From Squalus acanthias (Eukaryota): a stretch of DNA of 64,000 nt. The translations under genes were made by a program, and so were the position numbers. Where the stretch lies: contig JASTWF010000048.1 in assembly GCA_030390025.1 (NCBI GenBank), positions 1,178,001 to 1,242,000 of the forward strand. Direction: 5' to 3'. Position 1 is the first letter of the stretch. Every line of letters begins with the position of its first letter. Positions 10,257 through 21,955 of the stretch are shown here, one piece after another. The notes under the pieces were generated by a model that saw only the letters and a list, made by a program, of their open reading frames with translations, was not told where the DNA came from and searched no databases.

Positions 10257-13200
10257 TGACGTAATAAAGACTCACTACGCACTTGAACATAAAGCAAGGC
10301 TTTAATCAACTTGTAACAAAACATGGAGGTCTAGTTAGCAGTCACTAGCTTCCTGTTTCCAGATTGTCTCTGCCCAAGGTGGGCCCATGCCTGAGTATTT
10401 ATACTCCCTGGACGGCGCCCCAGCTGGCCGCCCAGTAGTACTTCCTGAGTTGTTACTTGCGATTTATGACATTCTTCCTCCCTAAAAGGTTTGGAAGTCC
10501 AGTCTTCCTTTAGCGGACTAGGCGGACCAGAAATAGCCGTAGACGTTTAGGTCTCTGCTTGTGACCGGAAGGCACGTCTCCCCGGACCGTGTCCTGGTCC
10601 CTGGGTCGCTTGGCCCGTACCGGTAAGTCAGTAGAGTCCGCGTCATCTTGATCATCCTGTGGAGGACTGGGAATATCATGACTCCGGGTGCGGGTCCCCA
10701 CAGGTGCTGAGCTGGCCTCCCCCCGGGTCGTGGCTGGAGAATGTCCGGTGTCCTGGTTTCGGGTGGCCGTCCTACGGGGAGCGTCCAGCTCCCTGAGTTG
10801 ATCCGGTAGCGTTGCCGGCAGATCCCCCGATGTCCCAAGCGGGGCGTCATTTTCATAGGGGTGCGGAGTGTTGATATCATTGTCGGGGGATCCTTCATCA
10901 TTCGGGCCCGTGTGACCGGTTGGGCAGGGAGCCAGATCTCGGAGCGAGACGGTGGTCTTCCTGCCATCAGGGTACCGTATGTGCGCATACGTGGGGTTTA
11001 CCTCCGTTAACTCCACCTCGTCAACGAGAGGGTCATTTTTGGCAGACCGGACGAACCTCCGGAGTAGCACCGGGCCTGGAGCCACCAACCATGACGGTAG
11101 AGACGTCCCATGTGTAGAGCGACGCCGGAATTTGAAGAATCGCTCATGAGGCGTGACATTAGTAGATGTGGAGAGAAGAGACGTGATAGAGTGTAACACG
11201 TCGGGGAGCACTGTTTCCCACTGCTGGTCCGGTAGGTTGCGTGACCTTAGTGCCAGACGGACAGCGTTGCAGATGATGGCATTGTATCGTTCAACGTGTC
11301 CGTTACCGATTGGGTGATATGGTGTCGTCCTACTTGAGGTGATTCCCAGTTGGGAGAGATAACTTTTAAGTTCACTCGACATAAAGGAGGGACCCCGATC
11401 AGTGTGGATAAAATTGGCCGTCCCGCAAAGGGAAAAGACCTGATCGAGGCATTTAATTACCGTAGAGGTAAGCATATTAGGGCAGGGGAAGGCGAAGGGA
11501 AAGCTTGAATACTCGTCCACCATCGTAAGTAGGTAGGTGTTCCTTGTCGACGAAGGCAATGGCCCTTTAAAGTCTATGCTGAGCCTCTGCATAGGCTGCA
11601 TTGCATGTATGAGTAAGCCATCTGATGGGCGAAAGAATTGTGGTTTCAATTCTGCACAAATCCTACAGGAGGAGCACGTTTTCTTTACGTCCTCGGTTGA
11701 AAATGGTAGATTTTTGGAGCGCACAAAGTGCAACATGCGGGTCACATCAGGATGGCATAAGTCCATATGCAAATCCGCCAGAGTCGACGTTGACATTGAG
11801 GAGCAAAATGCCCATGTGAAGGTATCTGGGGCCACGTTCTGTTTGCCGGGTCGGTAACAGATAGTATATCCAAAGGCAGCCAGCTCCATCCTCCAGAGTT
11901 GAATTTTATTATTTTTGATTTTCGTGCGCCTCCGGTTATCCAACATGAAGGCCACAGAGCGCTGGTCAGTTATAAGCATAAAATGACGCCGAGCAAGGAA
12001 ATGACCCCATTGGCGTACAGCCTCGATGATCGCCGTAGCCTCCTTCTCGACGGGGGGGGGGTAATGGAGCTCGCTACCCTGCAAGGTTCTGGATAGGAAT
12101 GCCACGGGTCGGCCACCTTGATTCAAGGTAGCGGAGATCGCCACCTCCGATGCATTGCATTCGACCACAAAAGGAAGATTTTCGTCAATGGAGCGAAGCG
12201 TGGCTTTCTCCAGCTTTCGTTTGAGGAGTTTGAAGGCAGAAATAGCCGTAGCTTCCAATGGAAAAGACTTCGCATGGAGCAGGGGCTGTATTTTATCGGA
12301 GAAGTGTGGTATCCATTTTGCGTAATAAGCAAACATGCCAAGTGCCCGACGAAGAGAGCCAAGGTTCGTCGGGGGAGGGAGCTCCTGAAGTGGACGAAGT
12401 CGCTCTGGGTGCGGTTTAATAACACCGTTGCCCACCCAGTAGCCAAGAATGTTCACCGATGGCACCGACTTCACCGATTTGGATTCGTTTAACGTTAAGT
12501 GGCGACGGCGGAGTACGTCAAAAAATCTCTGAAGATTGGCGTCATGCTCCTTTTGATCATGGCCGGCAATAGTGATATTGTTTAAATACGGAAAGGTATC
12601 CGTCAAGTTCTCTTGCCGGACTAGGCCATCCATGGCCCGTTGGAAAACGGCCACCCCATTGGTGACCCAGAATGGAAGGCGGCGAAACTGGAAAAGCCGA
12701 CCATTGGCCTCAAAGGCCGTATACTGCATGTCGGAGTCTTGCAGTGGCACCTGATGGTACGCGCTTTTTAAATCGAAGGTCGAGAATACCTTGTATTTGG
12801 CAAGGTTGTTGACCATGTCATCTATGCGTGGCAGCGGGTAGGCATCCAGATCGGTATATTGATTAATAGTCTGCGAATAATCGATACACAGACGTTTTTT
12901 ATGTTGTATTAAGGGATTCCCCACGATGACGACCTGAGCCCGCCAGGGAGATGAACATGGCTCGATAATACCGTCGACTAAAAGGCGAGAGATTTCCGGC
13001 TCAATAAACGCTCGATCGTCTTGGCTAAAGCGCCGCGATTTGGTGGCTATGGGTTTACAGCGGGGGGGAAGATTGGCAAACAGGGAGGGTTCACCGAGTA
13101 AGGCCGCCGAGAGTGCACAAAACGGCACCTTAGAAATGGAAAGCTCCGGCCTTGACCCTCCAAACTCAAAAGTGATCTTCTTGTGCTGCTTCTGGAAGTC

Positions 13201-14768
13201 CTGTCCCAGAAGAACATCGCTGCATAAGTTTGCGAGTACTCCGAGCCGGGTGGAGAGATACGTGCGGCCGTTGAGGATGAGGTTGACAAGACAGAAGCCA
13301 GAAGAATTGGTGGTCAGAGTCGTCAGAGCCATTGCAATCTCCCTGTCCGAGGGATAAATGTGCAGTTTTAACCTGTTGACAGCCCGCTTACTAATGAAGC
13401 TGTCAGAGCTGCAGGAGTCGATTAGCGCGCTTAGAGTGTGCCCATTTACTGAAACCTTCGTGGCTGCATGGGACAAACTTTGGGGAAAAACAGCCGTGAT
13501 GGGAGGAGGGGCAATTTTCCCTTCGGCACCTGTAGCCTTAACAGGAGTTCTTGGGGAAGGAGCAGCTCCATAGATAGCAGCTGTGAAGCTAACAGGAGCT
13601 CTCGACCGGTATACTTTAGAGGAGCGGTCTTTCTTGTTAGCAAAGGCCCGTGACTGGCATACCTTGGAAAAGTGTCCTTTCTTGCTGCAATGATTGCAGG
13701 TCACATTACGAGCCGGGCAACATTTTCTGTGATGGCACGCCCCTCCACAAAAGAAAAACTTTCTTCCCGATTGCCAGTATGCTGCTAGGGCGGGGTCGTC
13801 ATCAGCAAAGGCCTCTAGGGTAGGGTCGTCGTCCGTTAGAGTAGAGTCAACATCAGTGGGGGCATCCGCCCGAGACCTACCGAAAGACTCATTAAAGGAG
13901 ATAGCCGCCGCCCGTGCACGTGGTGGGAGATAAGTGTCTGCATTTTTCTTGGCCAAGTCCAAGGAACACGCCTGGTCATAAGCAGCCCGTAAATTGAGGG
14001 TTTTATTTTCCAGCAGGCGCTGACGTATAAAAGGGGACGCGATTACATTGATAAAGGAATCGCGGATTAGTTCCTCTTGATACTGTTCAGCTGTAACTGC
14101 TTTAAGATTACAATCCTTGCTGAGCCTGCGAAGTTTCTGGAGAAATTCATCGAGTGATTCCCCAGGCTGCTGCCGAGTTGTGGCCAGTAGGTGTCGAGCA
14201 AATATTTCATTTGGGGACTTGACATATAGCTGCTGTAAGATTTCGATAGCAGCGTCATAGACTATACAGTCCTCAATATAATCATACACATGAGGAGACA
14301 CGTAGTTGATAAGCATTCGTAACTTATTAGGGACATCCGCCCCACATTCTTCAAGAATGTTGCGAAAGGTACGAAACCAATGCTTCCATACCTTCGCTGC
14401 CGCAGGTGCATTCGGGTCCAGGTCGAGACGAGCGGGTCTAAGGAGTTTTTCAATGATGGATCAGTTTCTTGCCCTAGTTCCCTTCTGTGGTTCGAGTTGC
14501 AGCTGGTTGTTCCGAATCACCCAAAGCGTGGAGACGATATCAAGTTGATTAAATTGCGTAATAAAGACTCACTACGCACTTGAACATAAAGCAAGGCTTT
14601 AATCAACTTGTAACAAAACATGGAGGTCTAGTTAGCAGTCACTAGCTTCCTGTTTCCAGATTGTCTCTGCCCAAGGTGGGCCCATGCCTGAGTATTTATA
14701 CTCCCTGGACGGCGCCCCAGCTGGCCGCCCAGTAGTACTTCCTGAGTTGTTACTTGCGATTTATGACA
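10257..14768 (-). mobile_element. Full-length Ty3/gypsy LTR retrotransposon
   Basis: LTRs 14555-14768 (5') and 10257-10471 (3'), TG...CA, identical except 1 nt at the terminus; TSD CTCGG at 10252-10256 and 14769-14773; polypurine tract at 10472-10487; empty site in the paralogous cassette near 25760. Confidence 0.95.
10510..14454 (-). CDS. gag-pol polyprotein (Gag with zinc knuckles, protease, RT, RNase H, integrase), probably inactive
   Basis: Single frame with CNHCSKKGHFSKVC knuckle, LIDSCS protease, RT (DLKSAYHQ, YLNN), RNase H (CNASE, EKEA, TDQ), integrase HHCC and SIDFKGP...HTDRG...ER; frame extends 46 codons upstream of the ORF-track Met to ATT at 14454; PR-RT-RH-IN order indicates gypsy. 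Confidence 0.9.
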   Translation of the reverse strand: MEKLLRPARLDLDPNAPAAAKVWKHWFRTFRNILEECGADVPNKLRMLINYVSPHVYDYIEDCIVYDAAIEILQQLYVKSPNEIFARHLLATTRQQPGESLDEFLQKLRRLSKDCNLKAVTAEQYQEELIRDSFINVIASPFIRQRLLENKTLNLRAAYDQACSLDLAKKNADTYLPPRARAAAISFNESFGRSRADAPTDVDSTLTDDDPTLEAFADDDPALAAYWQSGRKFFFCGGACHHRKCCPARNVTCNHCSKKGHFSKVCQSRAFANKKDRSSKVYRSRAPVSFTAAIYGAAPSPRTPVKATGAEGKIAPPPITAVFPQSLSHAATKVSVNGHTLSALIDSCSSDSFISKRAVNRLKLHIYPSDREIAMALTTLTTNSSGFCLVNLILNGRTYLSTRLGVLANLCSDVLLGQDFQKQHKKITFEFGGSRPELSISKVPFCALSAALLGEPSLFANLPPRCKPIATKSRRFSQDDRAFIEPEISRLLVDGIIEPCSSPWRAQVVIVGNPLIQHKKRLCIDYSQTINQYTDLDAYPLPRIDDMVNNLAKYKVFSTFDLKSAYHQVPLQDSDMQYTAFEANGRLFQFRRLPFWVTNGVAVFQRAMDGLVRQENLTDTFPYLNNITIAGHDQKEHDANLQRFFDVLRRRHLTLNESKSVKSVPSVNILGYWVGNGVIKPHPERLRPLQELPPPTNLGSLRRALGMFAYYAKWIPHFSDKIQPLLHAKSFPLEATAISAFKLLKRKLEKATLRSIDENLPFVVECNASEVAISATLNQGGRPVAFLSRTLQGSELHYPPPVEKEATAIIEAVRQWGHFLARRHFMLITDQRSVAFMLDNRRRTKIKNNKIQLWRMELAAFGYTICYRPGKQNVAPDTFTWAFCSSMSTSTLADLHMDLCHPDVTRMLHFVRSKNLPFSTEDVKKTCSSCRICAELKPQFFRPSDGLLIHAMQPMQRLSIDFKGPLPSSTRNTYLLTMVDEYSSFPFAFPCPNMLTSTVIKCLDQVFSLCGTANFIHTDRGPSFMSSELKSYLSQLGITSSRTTPYHPIGNGHVERYNAIICNAVRLALRSRNLPDQQWETVLPDVLHSITSLLSTSTNVTPHERFFKFRRRSTHGTSLPSWLVAPGPVLLRRFVRSAKNDPLVDEVELTEVNPTYAHIRYPDGRKTTVSLRDLAPCPTGHTGPNDEGSPDNDINTPHPYENDAPLGTSGDLPATLPDQLRELDAPRRTATRNQDTGHSPATTRGEASSAPVGTRTRSHDIPSPPQDDQDDADSTDLPVRAKRPRDQDTVRGDVPSGHKQRPKRLRLFLVRLVR

Positions 14769-15452
14769 CTCGGTACCTAATCAATAATTGATGGGCTTTA
14801 CTCTGTACCTAACTAAAGGATCATGGGTTTTACTTTGTATCTAACCAGCAGACGATGGGCTTCAATCTGCATGAGATCAATGATTCACGGGACCTACTCT
14901 GTATCTAATCACTCTATCAAGCAGGGCTGCCCATGTATCTAACCCGTGCTCTCACTTATCTAAACCGTATTGACCGGATATCTAATCCGTGCTGCCCATA
15001 TATTTAATCAGTTCCGTCGCTGTACCTATCCCGTACAGTCCCTGTATCTAACCAATACTGTCCTTATATCTTACCTGTACTGTGCCTATACCTAACCCGT
15101 ACTGTGCCTCTATCTAACACCTGCTGTTCCTGTATCTTAGGAGCGCTGTGCCTGTATCGAACCCGTGCAGCCCATATATTTAATCAGTTCAGTCCCTGTA
15201 CCTATCCCCTACTCTCCCTGCATCTTACGCATACTCTCCCTCTATCAAACCCGTACTGTCCGGTATCTAACCTGTGCTCTCCCTGTATCTTACACGTGCT
15301 CTCCCTTCTCATACACGAAAACCGCCCCCACCCACCCTCCGCCTCTGGATTGACTCCACCCCTAGCGAAGCAGCGACTGGTTCGGTCCTGAGCCCCGTTT
15401 TCTGCTGCACCGGGTTTTTATTGCACCGTCACGGCTCTTTGTGTCAACTGTG

Positions 15453-15882
15453 CAATCGCCAGGCGCAATAATACACCCCCGAGTGGTTCGCTCGCAGGCG
15501 GGCCGATTGCAGCTGGAAGGTGGATTCGTCAGGTCTAGAGGAGGTGAAGCCGTCCAGCTCTCCCGTCGGCTCGATGCGATCGTTATTGAGAGTGTAGAAG
15601 AGCAGCAAGAGATGTCCGTCTGGGGTCTGGCGGTACCAGTAAAACTCTGAGCTGAAGTTGCCCACCGCAGAACAAGGATCTGCAGCGGCGACTGCAGTGA
15701 ATGTGTAGATTACAGGAGGATTTTGCTGTACATTGCCGTTTGGTACACATGCGAATAGAAGGAAAATCACTGGATTAAAACAGGGTGCCGTTCACAGTCG
15801 GAGCCAAAATGCGCCCAGGCAATGCCGAGAGAGACTTACTGTGCAACAGCAGCGCAGACAAAAGACATCGGGATAAATGCAT
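15453..15882 (-). pseudogene. TRBV: TCR V pseudogene, family B copy 2; leader 15840-15882
   Basis: Leader MHLSRCLLSALLLH with GTAAG intact; V acceptor AG changed to TG; 1-nt deletion before Cys23; RSS CACAGTT, 24 bp, ATAAAAACC. Confidence 0.85.
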
Positions 15883-16290
15883 TTTGCTGTACAGTTTGCA
15901 GAAGAGAATCAAACGGAGATTTTGTAAAAATCTGCTCTCCCGCCGGCTGTGTGGCGGCTTTATTTAACTGAAGTTCTGTTTGATTGACAGCTGCTGGCCG
16001 CTTACTCAAGGCCCCGCCTCCTTACAGTCTGATTGGCGACTGTCGACATAACCCCGCCCCCTCCCTGCTTCTCCCGACTCTTCACGTAACTGAAGTCCTT
16101 CATCTCTGATACCATTCTAGTAAATCTCCCCTGCAACCTGTGTCTGCTCTGGACATCCGTCCGAAGGGGCGTTGCCCACGTTTGGATTCACTTTTCTAGC
16201 TGGGGCTGGAGAAACACATTTCTCAATTTCTAAAGATAGAAACAAAACGAACTATGTTGTGAGGAAGTTGTTGCTCAATTCGATCCTGAC

Positions 16291-16336
16291 AGGCCACCAG
16301 AAATAAAACACTGAATTGGAGAAAATTGATCTTCAT
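16291..16336 (-). other. Orphan family-C-like leader exon (MKINFLQFSVLFLVA)
   Basis: 46 nt, ATG, GT donor. Confidence 0.6.
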
Positions 16337-16924
16337 CTTGGTAGTGTAATGCAATTCGGCGGGTGCTCGTTTAGCGAACAGTTCCGGTTCAGTCTTCAAT
16401 CCGCTTCGGTTTGATTGGCATTGTGTCAGAGTCGGAAGTTGCAACGATTAGTTGCAAGCGCCCATGGAGCAAATAAACACATTTAGCAGCAAATACATTG
16501 TATTGGACCACATAATTCACCAGCTGATTTTGATGGTGTTTGAATCGTTACAGAATTATCTTTCTTCCTCTCTGTCTTTCTCCCTCTTTCTTTCTTTCTT
16601 TCGTTTCTTTCTTTCACTCCGTTTCTTTTTGTTTGTCTTTCATTCTATGTCACTCCATTTCTTTCCTCATTTATTTTTGTATTACCTTTTTGTCTTCCTT
16701 TCTTACTTGCTTTCTTTCCGAGGTTCCATGTGAGATGGCAGCAATGGTGAAGTCGTTAAACAACCTCTTGCCCCCTCTTTTTCTTTCCCACTTTCAATCT
16801 CTCTTTCTCTTTGAGTTTCTTATTGTTTTTTGCTTCCTGCTTTTATTCCATCGCTCCTTTTACTTTCTTTCTACTTTTATCATTAACTTTGCCTTCTTGT
16901 CGACTCCCTTCTCTTTCTTTATAA

Positions 16925-18640
16925 ATTAACAACAACAAATTGCATTTATATGCCGCCTTTAAAGTAGTAAAACGTCCCAATGCTTCTCACAGGAGCGTTA
17001 TCAAAAAACAGTGTCAATGAGCCACTTAAGGAGATGTTAGGGTCTATGGCCAAAAGCTTGGTTAAAGTGCGAGGTTTTAAGGGGCGCCTTAAAGGAGCAA
17101 TGAGTGGTAGAGAGGCGGAGAGGCTTAGCGAGAGATTTCAAGTGCTTCCGGCCTCGGCAGCTGAAGTCACGGCCGCCAATCGTGGAACGATTAAAATTCA
17201 GGCTTGCGGATGAGCCCAGAATTGCAAGAACGCAGATATCTCGTACGGTTGTGGGGCTGGAGGAGGTTTCAAAGTGGGTGGGGCGCGGCCACGGAGGGTT
17301 TGAAAGCAAGCATGAGAAATTTAAGATGGAGGCGTTGCTCAACCGGGAGCCAATGTAGGTCAGCGAGCACAGTGGTGATGGGTAAACGGGGCTTGGTACG
17401 AGTTATAATAGGGGAGCGCAGTTATAGTTTAGGGAGGTTGGAAGATGAGAGGCCGGCCCGTAGTGCGTTGGAATAATCATGTCTGGAGGTAGCAATGTCA
17501 TGGATCAGGGTTTCAGCAGCGGAAGAGCTGAGGCAGAGCCAGAATCGGCGATGTTACGGAGTTTCATGTAGACGGTCTAAGTGACGGCGCCAAGTCCTGC
17601 ATTGGTGATCCCCAAGGGTCAGTTTTCGATCCATTAATCTTTGCAATTTTTAGAAACTTTCTAGACTCGGGTGTAGGGATCAATATTATAAAGTTTTCAA
17701 ATGATGCGTAACTTTTCAAAGTAGTAGATGGTGATAAGGACAGTTGTAGACTTCAGGATGACATAGCCAGGTCGGCGAAATCGGCAGAAACATGGCAGAT
17801 GGAGTTCAATGTTGTGAAGTGTGAAGTGGTCCACTTTGGAGCATTAATATGGCAGGATAGGATACTGTAAATGGCACGATTTTGCAAAGTGTGGATGAAC
17901 AGAGAGACTTTGTGTACATATACACAAATCGTTAAAAGGTGGCAGTGTAATTGATAATGTGTTTTAAAATACATATGGATTACTTGTTTTTTTATAGACC
18001 ATTGGAAATTAAAACCAAGATATAATACTCTAAGTTTATAAAACATTGGTTAGGCCTTAGCTGGTATATTGTGGACAATTCTGGCACCAAACTGTAGGAA
18101 AGATGTTAAGGTGTATGAGGAACTAACTGGGTGGTGGACACAAAGTGGGGTTGTGGGACTAAGCAAAACTGCTCCTTCAAAGAGCCAATACAGATAAGAC
18201 GGGTCGAAAGGCCTCCTTCTGTGCTGTAAGTTCATACAATTCTGTATGTTTTCGGAAGCTCATCTCGGGGTCAAATATGACACCAAGATTGCGAACAGTC
18301 TGGATCAGCATCAGAGAGTTGCCAGGGAGAGGGATGAAGACAGAGGCTAGGGAACATAGTTTATGGCGGGGAACGAAGACAATGCCTTCGCTCATCCGAA
18401 TAGTTAGTTGGAGGAAATTTCTGCTCATACGGTACTGGATGTCGGACAAGCAGTGTAGTAAATCAGAGACAGTGGAGTGAATGAGTGCGCTTGTGGTGAG
18501 GCAGAGCTGTGTGTCGTCAGCGTACATGTGCAACCTGACATTGTGTTTTTAGATGGCGTCGCCGAGGAGCAACATGTAGATGAGAAATAAGGCGAGGGGC
18601 AAGAATTGATCCGTAGGGTACTCCAGAGCTAACAATGCCG
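16925..18640. mobile_element. Nested L2-like (minus strand) and CR1-like (plus strand) LINE fragments
   Basis: RT motifs YADDTQL and VRNLGVIFD, ITPVLADLHWLP-like motif, 3' tail gcatttatatagcgcct; homologous blocks at about 27950-29350, 41850-43910 and 52785-54850. Confidence 0.65.
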
Positions 18641-19630
18641 GAGCAGAAAATCAATCCCAATGTGCAGATTATTAAGTTCCTAATGCCTATCCAAAGACAA
18701 AGTGAAGGTAAAAAAATGATTATTCATTGGGAGCAGGCGCTGGTCATAAAACATCTCGAGAAAGCAGCAGACATGAGGAAGTCTAACTGTGTTTTGTTCC
18801 AAATTTTCGCTAACTGAAAGGGTTAGAGAAACAGCGCAGTTGACCATTAAGGGGACTCGTACATCCGCGGCGCCATTGCTCCTTCTGTGTCAAAGCATGT
18901 CTTGGCACAGGCTAGAGAGAACCTACAGCGCCAGCTAGAGGCAAGAATGTGCAACTACAAGCAACTGGGTCTTGTTACTTTCCAAGTACAACTGATTTGG
19001 TGGGTATTTTCAACTCATGTCCTGAAATTGACCCGCTTTACAATTATTTTCTGCTCTCCTACAGATGTTGACGATCTTAAATCGAATTACATCGAATTTA
19101 CAGCACGGAATCCTGTCCAACTGATCCATGCAGTGGTTTATCCTCGACACGGGGCTCCTCCCACCTAACTTCATCTCAGCCTATCAGCAGAACCTTCTAC
19201 TCCTTTCACCCTAGTGTTTTTATCCAGCTTCTATAGTATTTGCCTCAAGCAGTCCTTGTGGTATCAAGCTGGACATTCTCACCACTCTCTGTGTAATGAG
19301 GTTAATCCTGAATTCCTGTTTGGATTTTGTAGTGAATATCTTACATACGGGCCTCGCGTTTTGGAACAACATCATCACTAGAAACATAATCTCTACCTCT
19401 ACCCTATCAAATCCTTCCATAATCTTAAATTAAATCCATGTGGGGTCTAACAACGCTATATGGAGACCAGCACTGTGTACGGTATTCTTATTGTGTTCTA
19501 AAGAAGTTAAATGGAGATTGGAACTGAGCGCTGTGCGCTGTTCTCTGAATCCTCTGTAAACTTACACGAGTCTGAGGGCAGCTCGTCTGAGGGTTTTTGT
19601 CGAGGCGGCGGATGACTCTGAACCGCTGTG

Positions 19631-20431
19631 GCCCAGCAGCAGCTGCACAGAAATACACCGCCGCATCCGTGTCTTTAACGCTGCCGATCTTCAGAGTGGA
19701 TTTCTTATTTTCCAGCGTCCTCGTAATGGCAAACCCGCTCTCAAAACCCTCTCCATACTGAGCTTCACTGCGCACATAAATAGACCCGATGTAGGTGAAA
19801 CCTTGTCCAGCGGATTGCCGATACCACAGCATGTTATTGCGGACTGTTCCATTCTGATAACAATTTAACTCGGCCTCTCCTCGCTGATCAACAGTAATCG
19901 AAGTCGGCCACTGATGGATCACATCCGCCAGCGGATAGTCTGAAAAAGAGGCGGCAGAGATGATAAAAACAATCGGATGTTATTCAGAAACTCGGTTGGC
20001 TTTTCAAATAAAGCCCGGGGCGGAAAACCGGCATTGTGGAGCCTCCGATTCGCCAACGCCAGTTAAAATCTACACCATAATTCTGGGATTATCGCCAAAT
20101 GAACAACATAATGGCGATGATCTTAGAGTTAGGTAAGAAAGAACGAGATTCTGCAACTTTGAATTATACTGAGAACAATCTAAGCCTCAATAAATATGAA
20201 AACAGCTAAAATAACATTAATCGCCTTAAATTTTATAGATTAAAAAATATTCTCCATTTAAATATTTGATTGCTCATAGATAATTGCTTGTTAATCATGA
20301 TCGAATAGCACAATGTAGCTTAGTAAATATTTTGATGAATGAATGACACTAGTACATCACTTATAATTGTTCAACATTATCTTACTCGGTGCCAGAAATA
20401 ATAGAGCAAAGGGCAACAAATTGAAATGCAT
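19631..20431 (-). CDS. TRBV: TCR V gene segment, family C copy 2, apparently functional; leader 20386-20431, V exon 19631-19939
   Basis: Leader MHFNLLPFALLFLAP; intact V ending YFCAAAAG; RSS CACAGCG (19624-19630), 23 bp, ACAAAAACC (19592-19600). Confidence 0.9.
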
Positions 20432-20544
20432 CGTTGAGGGCGATCGACGATCTAATGCCCCGAATAGGGACTGACAGAGAGAGCGACGCTAATTATTCCG
20501 CTTGTGCAAATTCAAGTTCAGAACCGGATGTTGCGTAGATAAAC

Positions 20545-21955
20545 AGAAAGAAAGAACTTGCATTTCTAAAGCGCTTTTCACGACCTCAGAACCTCCCAAA
20601 GCGCTTTGCAACCAATGAGGTACTTCCGCAGTGTACTCGCTGTCGTATAAAAGGAAACGCGGCAGCCCAATCTGCGCACAGCAAGATCCCACAAAGAGCA
20701 ATGTGATAAACCAAAAGACCATCTGCTTTTACGTGAGTTCGTGTCAGAGAAAAATATTGCCCAGGGCAACGGGAGAAATACGAAATGTGTGCGTGCGAAA
20801 CTTTACGTCCACCTCAGAGGGAAGACAGGGCCTAGATTTATGTACTCCCTCAGTACTGCCCCTCCGAAAGCGCAGCGCTCCCTGAGAACTATCACTCCGA
20901 CAATGTAGTGCGCCCTCAGTACTGCACCTTCGAAAGTGCAGCACTCCCTCATCACTGCCCCTGTGACAGTGCAGCAATTCCCTCAGTACTGCACCTCCGA
21001 TCGTGCAACACTTCCACAGTACTGCCCCTCCAACAGTGCGGCAGTCCCTCAGTTCTGACCTTCCGACTTTGCAGCGCACCCTCAGAACTGTCCCTCCAAA
21101 ACTTAGGCACTCCCTCAGAACTGACCTCCGACAGTGCAGCGCTCCATCATTACTGCCCCACCGACAGTACAGCATTTCCTCAGTACAGCACTTAATCAGA
21201 GCAGCACTCGGTCAGTGCTGCCCCTCTGACAGGGCAGCATTCTCTGAGTACGGCCCCTCGAACAGTGCCTCACTCCCACAGTACTGCCCTGCCAACAGTG
21301 CAGCACTTCCTCTGCACTGTACTGCGACAGAGCAGCACTCCATCAGTGCTGCCCCTCCGACAGTGCAGCATTCCCTCAGTACCGCCCCTCCAACAGTGAG
21401 ACACTCCCACAAAATTGTTCCTCCAATAGTTTGGCACACTCCCTCAGTACGACCCCTCCAATTGTGCAGCGCTCTAATCGTACTGCCCCTCCGACTGTGC
21501 AGCGCTCCCTCAGTACTGCCCCTACGACAGTGCAGCGCTCCCTCAGTACTGCCCAGCCGACAGTGCAGCATTCCCTTAGTATTGCCCTTCCGACAGTGCA
21601 GCGCTCAATCAGTAATGTCCCTCCCACTGTGCAGCACTTCCTCAGTACTGCCTTTCGACAGTTCTGCGCCCCATCTGTATTGCAACTCCAAAAGTGCAGC
21701 GCTCCTTCAGTACTGCCCCTGCAACAGTGTAGCCTTCCCTCAGTTCTGCCTATCCGACAGTGCAGCTCTCCCTCAGTACTGCCCATCCGACAGAGCAGCG
21801 CTCCCTCAGTGCAGTGCTCCAACAGTACTGCCCCTCTGGCAGAGCAGCAGGCACTGACTTATGCACTGTATCCACTCAGGTCTCTGGATAGTGAAGCGGA
21901 CCCACAACCGTCTGTCTCAGAGGCGCAAATGGTATGAACTCAGCCGGAGCTTACA
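20545..21955 (-). mobile_element. Deu-domain SINE with expanded 30-bp minisatellite (about 20840-21850)
   Basis: Roughly 33 units of ctcagtactgcccctccgacagtgcagcrctcc, estimated from length. Confidence 0.75.

Noticed and set aside
18925-18945. CTCF-like motifs near RSSs or in intergenic blocks
   Set aside because: Several mismatches to the core consensus; not supportable without a matrix scan
20840-21850. Many (G/A)ACAGTG heptamer-like words in the minisatellite as cryptic RSSs
   Set aside because: Nearly all lack the essential CAC and none has a correctly spaced nonamer
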